Shown here: piece by piece, positions 1 through 8,634 of the stretch
Layout: every line of letters starts with the position of its first letter
Position numbering within the stretch: position 1 is the first letter of the stretch
Assembly: GCA_934621385.1 (NCBI GenBank)
Contig: CAKTUI010000003.1
Location: forward strand, 17,998 to 81,997
Length of the DNA stretch: 64,000 bases
Direction: 5' to 3'
Source of the DNA: an uncultured Kiritimatiellota bacterium
Lineage (GTDB): Bacteria > Verrucomicrobiota > Kiritimatiellia > RFP12 > UBA1067
Notes under the pieces: generated by a model
What the model was told of the DNA's origin: nothing
Database searches by the model: none
The model's input: the letters and a program-made list of their open reading frames with translations, nothing else
Position numbers and translations under genes: made by a program

Positions 1-1541
1 GATTTCAGGCCGCTTCCTTGGAGGTAGGTCCATTGGAAGGAAGTGTAGTTGGTAGGTGTAGGTGTAGAATGGACGTTTTCTCTTTCTTCTATTGTGGGGA
101 CATGCATCGTGGAAATACGGCCGACAGAATCGTAGGCGATGGTGGTTTGGCGGGTGCCGTTGATTGCGTAGCCGGTGGAGCGCCCGAGGGTGTCGTAATA
201 GCGCGTCAGGTTGAAGTCGTTTTGCCATTCGTTGGTGCAGTTGCCGACGAGGTCGTAGGCGTAGAGGTTTGTCACGACACCGACGGTTGTCGCTTCGATC
301 AGGTTGCCGACGCGGTCGTATGACATCGTGATGGTCGGGGTATCATCCGAGTAGCTTGTCGAAACGAGCTGCCCAGCATTGTCGTACGTGTAGTCGGTTG
401 CAATGCCGCGCGCCCAAACGCGGCGCGAGAGTTTGCCGTCGGGGGTATACGAGTAAGACGGGCCCTTGCCATCGGCGTAGAGTTTGTTCGTCATGCAACC
501 CGAGGGTTCGTCATAGAGCCACCGGGTCGTGTCGCCATTCGTGAGCGCCTCATCGCGGTAGGTCGTCATCGAGACCTTGTTGCCATAGGCATCGTACGCG
601 TAATCGACGGGGTAGGTCGCGCCGCGCTGGGCGAGGACGCGCCCTTCGGCGTCGTAGGTGGTCGTGATGGTGTGGCCGAGCGCGTCGGTCACTGCAGTCT
701 GACGGCCAAGCGCGTCGTAGGCGTAGGTCGTTTCGTGGCCGAGCGCGTCGATCGTCTTGGCGACGCGGCCTTGCGCGTCATAGACGATCTGCGATGTGTT
801 GCCGCGTCCGTCGGTCTGCGAGATTTGGCGACCGAGCGGGTCGTAGGCGTAGGTCGTGGTTACGCCGATGGGGGATCGCGAGGAGATGGTCAGGCCACAG
901 CGGGCGACGGTTTCAGCGGGAAGCGCAGAGTTGGGGGATAGGGTCGTTTGGGTCGTCGTATGGGACGAACGGTCGAGATAGGAGCGGGAGACCGTTTCGT
1001 TGCCGAGGGGATCGAGGGAATGGGTCTCGGAAATAAGGAAACCCTGCGGCGCGGCCGGAGTCCGCGCCCTACCATCATGTCCCGTCAAACGGGTACGGGT
1101 GAGGCCGACGCGGGTGAGGGCGGGTGAGCCGTTTTGGCGCGTCTGCCAAGAAGAGGACTCGCGCTACCAGTCGCCGTTGAGCGAAACATACCGCGTGTCG
1201 TTCGAGACGATGCGGTCGGTGTCGCTCCAGTCAATCTGTCCGTTGAGGTTCATGTCGGAGACGGTCAGGTGCCTTTCACCGCAATTATTGTAGCATATTA
1301 GCGTGGAACTGAGGATGCGATTGTTCGATTGTTCGGATTGTTCGATTGCGTAGGAACGGGTGGCGATGAGTTGGTTTGCTGTGTTGTACTCGTTGGAGGT
1401 GACGAGGAGACTGCCGCGGAAGCCGGGACGGGTTTCGCAGATGGTGCGGCCGAGGACGTCTTCATACGAACAACTCCAGCGCGGCGAATTGAGGCCCGCG
1501 GGGCCTTCGTAGGTCTTGGTCCAGTTCGGGCCGGCGCGAGG
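1..1541 (-). pseudogene. RHS/YD-repeat protein fragment (core segment only, continues off the left edge) with an in-frame TAG
   Basis: Minus-strand translation reads serial YD repeats (TTYAYDPLGRQISQTDGRGN, YDAQGRV, YAYDALGRQ, YDAEGRV, YAYDAYGNK). The RHS-like frame only begins ~1525 (WTKTYEGPAGLNSPRWSCSYEDVLGR) and has no N-terminus. TAG at 1164-1166 lies inside NGDW*RESSSWQ. Not in the ORF track because it exits the window. Confidence 0.8.
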
Positions 1542-2995
1542 TCGATGCCGCCGACGGACTCCGCTCGCACGATCTGCTTCAGGTCCGGCGTGATCTGGTA
1601 GAGCTTGTCACTCGAACCGGCCGGACACTGCGGGCCGTACGTCACCGCCCAAAGCGAACCCGCCCACGGCACCACCGCACCCGTCCCGCACTCTCCCTCC
1701 TGGTTGAACATCGCGAGATGCGGATAGATGCCGTCCACGCACTCCGGTCCGCCGAACGGCTCGAGATGCTCGCGGTAACCCACCGCGATGTCACGGCCGA
1801 ACGCGCGCCAGTCCTTCGGATAGAGTGTCCGGTAGCGGCTGTTGGCAAACGGGATCTCCCAGGACGAGATGAGCGCCGCGTTCGTGAAGACGCTCATTGC
1901 CCACTGGGTGAGAGTCTTCCCCTGCGAATAGTTCGTCGCCTTATTCCAGCCCTGCCCGGGCGCAAAGTCATCCGACTGGCGATAACCCATGCCACTCGTC
2001 TGCACACGCTCGACGGCCTTGCCGAACGCCTGCTGTCTCGCCCAGCACGAGGGATCCGCAAATCCGACCTGGTAGGCGTACTCGTTGGCGTTGTTCTTCT
2101 GGAACCAGTTACCGCGGAGCCACGGCGAATGGTAGTCGTTGACGACGATCGGCTTCCACTCGTTCAGCATCTTCATGATCGCACGCACCTCGGGGTAGAG
2201 GACCGGACGGTCTTCGTTGTAGTCACGTGCATGGTCGTGCGGCTTGCGGTACTTGCCCTGGTCGCCGTCCACGGTGCCGTCCTTGTCCGCAAACGGCACG
2301 ACGCGGATCTCGGTGTTCTCCCGCATCCAGCGTCCGAGATCGTCGTCCGCAAAGACCTGCTCGAGCATTCCCTCCAGCACGTAGGTGGCCGAAATCTCCT
2401 GGCAATGGTGACGCGACGAGGCGAAGATGCGGTATTTCGCCTGGCCGTCGAGCCGGCCGAACCGCGCGTACTCGACATCGCGACCCTTGCGCGACTTGCA
2501 AAGCACACCTTCCTCGAAGAGCCGACCGCGGTCCGCCGCGTGGCGGTCGAGAAAGGCCTGCCAATCGGATGCGTCATAGGGGATCGCCTGCGAAAACCAG
2601 ACTTCGTCGTCCTCTGGCCCGAACCCCCAGTCGAACCCATTCCAGTCGGCGTGGTCGTTGGTCTGCGCCTCCCGGCGCGGCGACGGCTGCAGGTCGTCGG
2701 CCCAGGTCCAGGTCGTGCCGCGGTCGGTCGAAACCGCAGGACCGCGCGAGCCGACCGCCGCGGACTTCGTAAAGCGGAACTTGAGCGTCCTCCCCGCCGC
2801 TCCCGTCACACGGAACTTCCAGTAGAACCAGTCCTGGCTCGAGTCACGCAAGTCCTGATGCAACCGAACGACATCGCCCTTGATCTTCTCGACAATGACG
2901 TTGCCCGCAGGCAACTTGTCATCGACCGCGATTCCCGCGAAAGCACTCGCCCCCAGCGCCCCCAGCGCCACAATCAGGATTGCTTTCTCCATCAT
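1298..2995 (-). CDS. Secreted M14 zinc-carboxypeptidase-like protein; 3' end disrupted (family-like sequence ends ~1545)
   Basis: 565-aa ORF with signal peptide MMEKAILIVALGALGASAFA and a carboxypeptidase-type HxxE motif (SSRHHCQE). The last ~80 codons (RPTKAPRAS..SSPPTSTTQQ) are low-complexity read-through of the RHS fragment in another frame. Confidence 0.55.
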   Translation of the reverse strand: MMEKAILIVALGALGASAFAGIAVDDKLPAGNVIVEKIKGDVVRLHQDLRDSSQDWFYWKFRVTGAAGRTLKFRFTKSAAVGSRGPAVSTDRGTTWTWADDLQPSPRREAQTNDHADWNGFDWGFGPEDDEVWFSQAIPYDASDWQAFLDRHAADRGRLFEEGVLCKSRKGRDVEYARFGRLDGQAKYRIFASSRHHCQEISATYVLEGMLEQVFADDDLGRWMRENTEIRVVPFADKDGTVDGDQGKYRKPHDHARDYNEDRPVLYPEVRAIMKMLNEWKPIVVNDYHSPWLRGNWFQKNNANEYAYQVGFADPSCWARQQAFGKAVERVQTSGMGYRQSDDFAPGQGWNKATNYSQGKTLTQWAMSVFTNAALISSWEIPFANSRYRTLYPKDWRAFGRDIAVGYREHLEPFGGPECVDGIYPHLAMFNQEGECGTGAVVPWAGSLWAVTYGPQCPAGSSDKLYQITPDLKQIVRAESVGGIDLAPARTGPRPTKAPRASIRRAGVVRMKTSSAAPSAKPVPASAAVSSSPPTSTTQQTNSSPPVPTQSNNPNNRTIASSVPR

Positions 2996-3579
2996 GTCAC
3001 TCCTTTCAATGCAGCTACTTCAAGAGTGCCTTGCACTTCGCCTCGAGCGAAGCCTTGCGCGTCGAAGGGCTTCTCGAACCAGTCGTCGCCCATGAGGCCC
3101 TTCACGAGGTCCCTGTACGCAACGCGGCGGTACGGCGGCGTGAAGTCGATCGGCACCCTGTCCTCGCCGTACGCGACCACGCGCGTGCCGATCACGGTGT
3201 CGCAGAGGTGCGGCAGGAGCCCCTCCATGATCGCCTCCATCGACGTGCGGTCGCCGTAGGCCTCGTAGATCTCGCAGACCGTGAACTCGGGGTTGTGCGT
3301 GCGGTCGATGCCCTCGTTTCGGAAGTCCTTGCCAAGCTCGATGACCTTGTTCATGCCGCCGACGACGAGGCGCTTTAGGTAGAGCTCCGGCGCGATGCGC
3401 ATGACACAGGCCTGGTCGAGCGCATTGAAGTGAGAGAAGAACGGCTTCGCGGACGCGCCGCCCGCCTGGTTCTGGAGAATCGGCGTCTCGACCTCGACGA
3501 AGCCCCTGTCCCAAAGATACTTGCGGATCTCCATCAGGAGCCTCGACCGCGTGAAGAAGCGCGCACGCGTCGACCTCAA
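2992..3579 (-). pseudogene. lysS: Lysyl-tRNA synthetase (class II) internal fragment
   Basis: 195-aa ORF matches only the middle of the LysRS catalytic core (RGFVEVETPILQ, GGASAKPF, HFNALD, RIAPELYLKRLVVGG, FRNEGID, HNPEFT). The anticodon-binding domain and motif 3 are missing. It abuts unrelated fragments on both sides. Confidence 0.75.
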
Positions 3580-3584
3580 GGTCG

Positions 3585-3811
3585 TAGCCCATCAGCTCGA
3601 CGGACGACAGTCCCGAGTCCTTCACGTACTTGAGGCAACTCAGGTACCCGACCGGCATGTGCCAATAGGAAAACGTGATGACGCCGATCGGAATGCCCCG
3701 TAGACGCTCTCCCCGAGTCCGCAATACCCCGGCAGGCTTGCATCCGCCCAGCGCGGCGACTCCCGCCGCGGCAGCCGACTTGAAAAAGAATTCCCGGCGA
3801 TTGATGCTCAT
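3585..3811 (-). pseudogene. N-terminal fragment of a Tat-exported xylose-isomerase-like TIM-barrel protein
   Basis: ATG at 3811, 10 nt after the GH27 stop. Twin-arginine signal MSINRREFFFKSAAAAGVAALGG is followed by IPIGVITFSYW..LKYVKDSGLSSVELMGYDL. The frame then runs into the lysS fragment at ~3590. Confidence 0.45.
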
Positions 3812-3821
3812 CTTCGCCTTT

Positions 3822-5963
3822 CTATTTGCCCTTCGGACAGGTTGGGCAACCCTTTTCGACCGTCGCCTTCGTGTCACGGTCCGGTCCAAAATGCACATTC
3901 CACGCGGCATCACGCACGTCCGTGACGTCAGGGGCAAGTCTACCGTCGGCACCGGCCGTCAGGCGGATGAAGTGCGGCGCGTGCGCGGGCAGCGTCACGG
4001 TGTAGACGTCGCGCACCGGCTTCTCGTCAATCCGACGCCAAAGGTCGCGCACCTTCCACTCGCCGACAAGTCCGAGCCCTCTCAGATCGACGACGGTCGT
4101 GCGCGTCTCGTACGAGAGGTTCACGATGCCGACGGCGATGGATCCGTCCTCGAGCGGACGCGCCCAGATGTCCTCGTAGAAGCCCGGCTCGTCCCCGCCG
4201 ACGCGCGCCGCAGCCTTCCCGAGCGGATCCTGGTTGACGGCCAGCACCTCGGGATTCGTCAGGATCGCCCGCGTGAAGTCGTCGAGCTTCGTCAAATCGC
4301 AGCCGATCAGGAGCGGCGCGGCGAAGAGCGACCAGAGCGTCATGTGCGTGTACTGCTCGTTTGGCGTCAGGCGCGTCGGATGCAGCTTCGGGCCCCAGCC
4401 GACCCAGCCGACAATCAGCATGTCGGGATCGTTCCACCCGCCGGGACCGGCAAAGCGCTCGAGCCCCCGCTGGGCAGATGCAATGAAACGCATCGACTCC
4501 CACGTATCCTCGATGTCATGCGTTGTGCGCCAGCACTGTCCTCCGACCTTGTCACCCCAACGCGAGACGCGGTCCATGCCGTACTGGCAGATCGAATAGA
4601 CGATGTCACGGTCCTGTCGCGCGAGCTCACGTCCCAGCTTGAGATAGGGCGCCTGATAATAGAGCGTCGGATCGTCCTTGGCTACGGCCACGTCGGTGTA
4701 GCTGCACCAGTCGTACTTCACGTAGTCAAAACCCCAAGCCGCCCACGTCGCCGCGTCAATCGCCTCATATCCCCAACTGCCCGTGCAACCGCCGCAGGTG
4801 AGCGGACCCGGCGAGGAGTAAAGCCCGACCTTGAGTCCCTTCGCGTGCACGTAGTCGGCAAGCCCCTTCATGTCGGGGAAGCGTGCGTTCGTAACGACCG
4901 TGCCGTCACGCCTCCGCATCGGCCCCTGAATGTCGGGATGGGCGTCATCACGCTGGTAGTTGCACCAGAAGTCGTCGATGTTCACATAGCTCCAGCCGAA
5001 GTCGATGAGACGCTCGCGCACGAAGGCGTCTGCCGCGGCACGGATGTCATCCGCCGTGACGGCGCTCGCAAAGCAGTTCCACGAGTTCCACCCCATCGGC
5101 GGCGTAAGGGCGATGCGCTCGCCGACAACCAGACGGTAGACGCGCGTGTCGGACCCCTTCCCGTTCGTCGCCGTGACCGTGACCGGATATTCGCCGCGGC
5201 CGGCGATCGCACCCGTGAGGATGCCTGTCTTCGCATCGAGCGTGACTCCCGCCGGCAGACCCTTTGCCGTGAACGTCATCGGACGAGCCCCCGAGCAAGG
5301 CAAGGTGAAGAGCAGCGGATGCGTCGGCCGCACGCCGAAAACATACGGCGCATTGAGATGCGGCTCTTCACCGATCTTCGGCGAAAGAATGCCGAACTGC
5401 TCCGGAACGGTTTCGCACCGGACCGGCCGAAGCGTCGTTCCCGGCATCACCTCGAAGTCCGCCTCGCACCAGTCGGCGAGGTCATTGCAGAGCCCGTCAC
5501 CGGCGTCGTCCACCCAGAGGATGACGCGCTTGGCACCCCTCAAGGGCACGTCGATGCGTTCCGCCGCGTTGCCGAAACGATGGACGGGCGAGCGAAAGAC
5601 GCGCCTGCCGTCGGCAAAGACCGAGAACCGGACCGAACCGCGCCGCACGGTCTCCATGCCTGCATCCGCACCGATTGTCGCCGTGAAGCGAACGGCCTCA
5701 CCCTTCACCTCGATCTCGTAAAAGCTCGCCGCATGCGTGCCCACGCCTCGCCTGAACGTCTCGCCGCCGATCCGAAACGGCGTTCCGCCGTTGGCGACAT
5801 TCACCGTCGGCGGATTCCACCCGCTCGTCATCGTCGAGAGGTCAAGCGTCTCCAGTCCGATGCGCTCGGTCCCCGTTGAAGCGTTTTTAACCGTTCCCGC
5901 GCATCCGCCGAGCAAGGCCAGCGCCAAGCCAACTGCGCAATAAACGTTCGTATTCCTTTTCAT
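3822..5963 (-). CDS. Lipoprotein GH27 alpha-galactosidase with N-terminal NPCBM-like carbohydrate-binding module
   Basis: 713-aa ORF with lipobox LALLGGC. The N-terminal module (GVGTHAAS..FSVFADG..LWVDDAGDG) is NPCBM-like. GH27 core motifs are PPMGWNSWNCF, YVNIDDFW and KYDWC. Confidence 0.85.
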   Translation of the reverse strand: MKRNTNVYCAVGLALALLGGCAGTVKNASTGTERIGLETLDLSTMTSGWNPPTVNVANGGTPFRIGGETFRRGVGTHAASFYEIEVKGEAVRFTATIGADAGMETVRRGSVRFSVFADGRRVFRSPVHRFGNAAERIDVPLRGAKRVILWVDDAGDGLCNDLADWCEADFEVMPGTTLRPVRCETVPEQFGILSPKIGEEPHLNAPYVFGVRPTHPLLFTLPCSGARPMTFTAKGLPAGVTLDAKTGILTGAIAGRGEYPVTVTATNGKGSDTRVYRLVVGERIALTPPMGWNSWNCFASAVTADDIRAAADAFVRERLIDFGWSYVNIDDFWCNYQRDDAHPDIQGPMRRRDGTVVTNARFPDMKGLADYVHAKGLKVGLYSSPGPLTCGGCTGSWGYEAIDAATWAAWGFDYVKYDWCSYTDVAVAKDDPTLYYQAPYLKLGRELARQDRDIVYSICQYGMDRVSRWGDKVGGQCWRTTHDIEDTWESMRFIASAQRGLERFAGPGGWNDPDMLIVGWVGWGPKLHPTRLTPNEQYTHMTLWSLFAAPLLIGCDLTKLDDFTRAILTNPEVLAVNQDPLGKAAARVGGDEPGFYEDIWARPLEDGSIAVGIVNLSYETRTTVVDLRGLGLVGEWKVRDLWRRIDEKPVRDVYTVTLPAHAPHFIRLTAGADGRLAPDVTDVRDAAWNVHFGPDRDTKATVEKGCPTCPKGK

Positions 5964-6052
5964 TGGCCTTTACCCGTTTTTCATGACCGAAAATCCAGCC
6001 CTCCGGCAACACCTCTCGCACCCGCGAAAAGCTACACCCTCAAGCAACGATG

Positions 6053-6061
6053 ATTATATCA
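6053..6061 (-). promoter_or_regulatory. Extended -10 promoter (TGATATAAT) for the GH27 gene
   Basis: Reverse complement of attatatca, ~90 nt upstream of the ATG at 5963. Same TGnTATAAT form recurs upstream of many genes in this window. Confidence 0.5.
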
Positions 6062-6105
6062 CACTGCTGACGCGAAAAGCAATCGGAAATTTAGATACGC
6101 ATCTC

Positions 6106-6934
6106 GGGCACCACGGTGATTTAGTTCACCCTCGTTCTCGCTGGTGTTTGCCGCGGTCACCCTCCCGGGGTTAACAGATTCCCTGAAATGTGAGATACTA
6201 CACTCGTCCCATTGTGGACGGGAAGGAACGAATCTGCCAATGCTGACGATGAGACAGGTGACCAAGGCGACGGAACTGAAGCGCTTCAAGGAACTTGAGG
6301 GCGAGTACCACTACATGGGCGAGACCCATTCCGGCGGAGACACGATGCGCCTCGTCTTCGAGGAGGACGGGAAGTGGGTCGCGCTGATGGTGTGGGGCTC
6401 TGCGTGCTACCACATCAAGCCGCGCGACGCCTATGTCGGCTGGGCGAACTCGGTCAAGGCGATCGCGCGGTTCGCGAAAAGGCTGACGATGGCCCAGCGC
6501 AGGGCCCTGTGCATGCCCCGCGCGAAGAGCAAGGCCGGCGTCGTCGCGAAGCACGAGTACAAGGTGCCGTGCCACGTGACGCTCCACAACTTCCTCCGCG
6601 CGCTCGACCTCGACGACTTCGGCGAGAAGCTGTCCGGGTGGATGGCCTCGCAGGGCGACGGGACGCTCCCGCGCCAGCTCGTGCTCGACGGCAAGTCCGT
6701 CAAGGAGGTGATGGGGGTCGTGTCCGTCGTCAACGCGGAGACGGGCGCACCCGTCGCGGTGACCGAAGCGAGCTTTCCGCCAGGTGCCGTCATCGCCAGG
6801 AAAATCGAAAAAGAGGAGTCGGGCGCACGATTGAAGATGCGATGAATGCGCCTGAAGCGCCAACTGAAGCGCCACGTCCGCATTCCGTGAGGATGGACGG
6901 GCATGAGTCAGCGCCAAACTAAATCACCGTGCCC
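6106..6934 (+). mobile_element. Internally deleted IS remnant (ISAs1-like with DUF4338-like N-terminus) bounded by inverted repeats
   Basis: Left end GGGCACCACGGTGATTTAGTT (6106-6126) versus reverse complement of the right end GGGCACGGTGATTTAGTT (6917-6934). At ~830 bp it is too short for a full transposase. Confidence 0.6.
6240..6845 (+). pseudogene. Truncated DUF4338-like / ISAs1-type transposase N-terminal region
   Basis: EGEYHYMGETHSGG..WVALMVWGSACYHIKPRDAYVGW resembles DUF4338. VPCHVTLHNFLRALDLDDFGEKLSGWM..LVLDGKSV resembles the ISAs1 N-terminal region. No DDE catalytic domain follows. Confidence 0.5.
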
Positions 6935-6981
6935 AAAAAATTGATGCCGCTGAAAAAAGTCCGTTCCGGGTGCGCGGATTA

Positions 6982-6990
6982 TGGTATAAT
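6982..6990 (+). promoter_or_regulatory. Extended -10 promoter (TGGTATAAT) with no ORF downstream
   Basis: Exact match to the window-wide TGGTATAAT motif. It faces the structured non-coding stretch 6997-7310. Confidence 0.5.
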
Positions 6991-6996
6991 AGGGGC

Positions 6997-7310
6997 GTTC
7001 TTTTGAGAGTGGGCGAGCGGGAACCCGTCCGCCGGCGGAGCAACGGTTTCGCCGCGGAGGGAGGGGCGAATGCGCACCACCGACAGGACGGGGCGTTGAC
7101 GGACGGAGGAAGGGAAAGCACGCGGGTGCTTTCCGAAAACCACGCGGGTGCTTTCCCTTCGTATTCGGTTCAACAGACCTTGGGCAAGCAAAGGCGAGAC
7201 CTTGGTCAATCAAAGGCCGGCCACCCCTGTCAGGCAGGGAAACCACCTCGCTTAGGCGAGGAAAACCCTGCGCTCAGGCAAGAAACCCCCGTGTCTCGGG
7301 CAGGTCGGCA
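6997..7310 (+). ncRNA. Candidate structured sRNA (mutually exclusive hairpins plus six short stem-loops)
   Basis: No credible ORF on either strand. Hairpin GGAAAGCAC-GCGG-GTGCTTTCC lies at 7113-7134, with a duplicated 3' arm at 7148-7157. Six 19-24-nt units at 7177-7308 each begin ACC and fold into a 4-6-bp GC stem-loop. Transcript ends are unknown. Confidence 0.3.
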
Positions 7311-7324
7311 TCAGACTTTCCCTT

Positions 7325-7650
7325 TCACTTCTGGCACTTGGGACAATACCAGCTCGTGCGGCCGCCGAGCGTCACTTTGGCAACGGCGGTTCCGCAGACG
7401 GGACACTGCTTCTGCGCGTAGATTTTCAGCTTCTGGACGAACTTGCCCTCCGAGCCGTCCACGTGATGCCGCAAAGAGCATCTCGCCCGTGAAATCCTTC
7501 GAAAGCGGCTCGACGCCGATGCCCGCAAGTCCCTCCGGCCAGCCGAAACGCCGACCGCTCCGTCGAAGACAAGCCCCGCCTCCATGAAGACGTCCAACAC
7601 CCCCGCGTGATGACGCCGCAGATTGAAAAGCTGCTGAACCTTTCAACGCC
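7325..7650 (-). pseudogene. mutM: Formamidopyrimidine-DNA glycosylase remnant (frameshifts and internal deletions)
   Basis: The C-terminal zinc finger is intact (KQCPVCGTAVAKVTLGGRTSWYCPKCQK). Upstream pieces (RRFGW..GIGVEPLSKDFTGE) sit in another frame and the middle of the protein is missing. Confidence 0.7.
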
Positions 7651-8367
7651 TGCCGTGATGATCCACTGCCCCGACGGAACGATACCGCGCCACGGGACTC
7701 TCTACGCCCTTCTCAAGAACGACGACCGCGCCGTGGGGAAGACTGCCGCGGAGCACTTTCTCTCCAAGTCGAAGTTCAGGACATACGCCTTCATACCGAC
7801 GCCTTCGCCGACGAACTGGTCCGACGAGCGGCTTGCGGGCTTTGCAGAGAGGCTCGCGCAAAAAGGGGCGGCGCCGGTCGTCTGGCGTCAGGAGCGCGGA
7901 CCGCTCGAGGACTTCCTCGCGTCCCTGCCAAAGCCAGCCGCGGTCCTTGGCGCGACGGATCTCGAGGCAATCAACGTTCTGACCGCCTGCCGCAAGCTCA
8001 GGATAGACATCCCCTCGCGCGTCGCAGTGCTTGGAGTCGACGACGACGAGATGAGGCGCTGTCGTTCGTCCGGAGACATTTCGCCGAGGGCATCGGCGTA
8101 GACGACGTGGTCAAGCACCTGGGCGTCTCGCACTCGCTCGTGCGCGAGCGCTTCCGCAACGTGCACGGCAAGTCACTGCGCGACGTCATACTCGACATGC
8201 GCGTAAAGGCGGCGATGTCGCTCCTTTCGCGGACAAAGGCATCCGTGCGCGAAATCGCGCTAAAGGTCGGCTTCTCTTCAGACGCCCATTTCGTCCGCTA
8301 CTTCAGGAAAAAGACGGGAACGACTCCTGCCGCCTACCGAAATTCAACAGCACTACATCGTTTCTGA
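7607..8367 (+). pseudogene. XylR-like AraC-family regulator remnant (N-terminally truncated, internal deletion ~8050-8070)
   Basis: ORF 7607-8101 carries a periplasmic-binding-like sensor part (..PKPAAVLGATDLEAINVL..VAVLGVDDDE). ORF 8107-8367 carries the AraC HTH (VREIALKVGFSSDAHFVRYFRKKTG). The junction jumps frame (VDDDE / ALSFVRRHF). Confidence 0.65.
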
Positions 8368-8604
8368 ACCAAAAGGGTCACACTTGATTGCCACACCCGA
8401 TTGACACAGTGTCCGTTCGTATTCACCACATCCGAGCGGAGAGAATGGACAGTGAGCGAGACAAAGCAGGTGGTCACGCCTGAAACCGATTGCTCGCGGT
8501 TCTCTATGCAGCACTCATGGCAGCATTGCCCGCAACTCCGCAATCTCCTTCGGGTCGCGAGTAACGGAGCTTACAGCCTCAGGATTCATCGCCACGCTAA
8601 ATTA

Positions 8605-8634
8605 CCACAGTCATGTTGAAGCCGATGACTGTGG
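8605..8634. repeat. Perfect 10-bp inverted repeat (CCACAGTCAT-n10-ATGACTGTGG)
   Basis: Read directly from the sequence. It lies in non-coding DNA between the xylR remnant and the tRNA-like gene. Confidence 0.6.

Noticed and set aside
1164-1166. In-frame TAG as evidence for stop-codon reassignment
   Set aside because: It is a single case in an obviously orphaned fragment. TAG also terminates the 50-aa ORF at 22141, and other genes end normally with TGA or TAA.
3675-5879. 734-aa plus-strand ORF
   Set aside because: It is antisense to the well-supported GH27 gene, has Arg/Pro-rich junk composition and has no RBS.
7177-7308. Possible CRISPR array (also considered for 36852-36913 and 44340-44405)
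   Set aside because: The units are only 19-24 nt, degenerate or directly abutting, and there are no unique spacers, no leader and no cas genes in the window.
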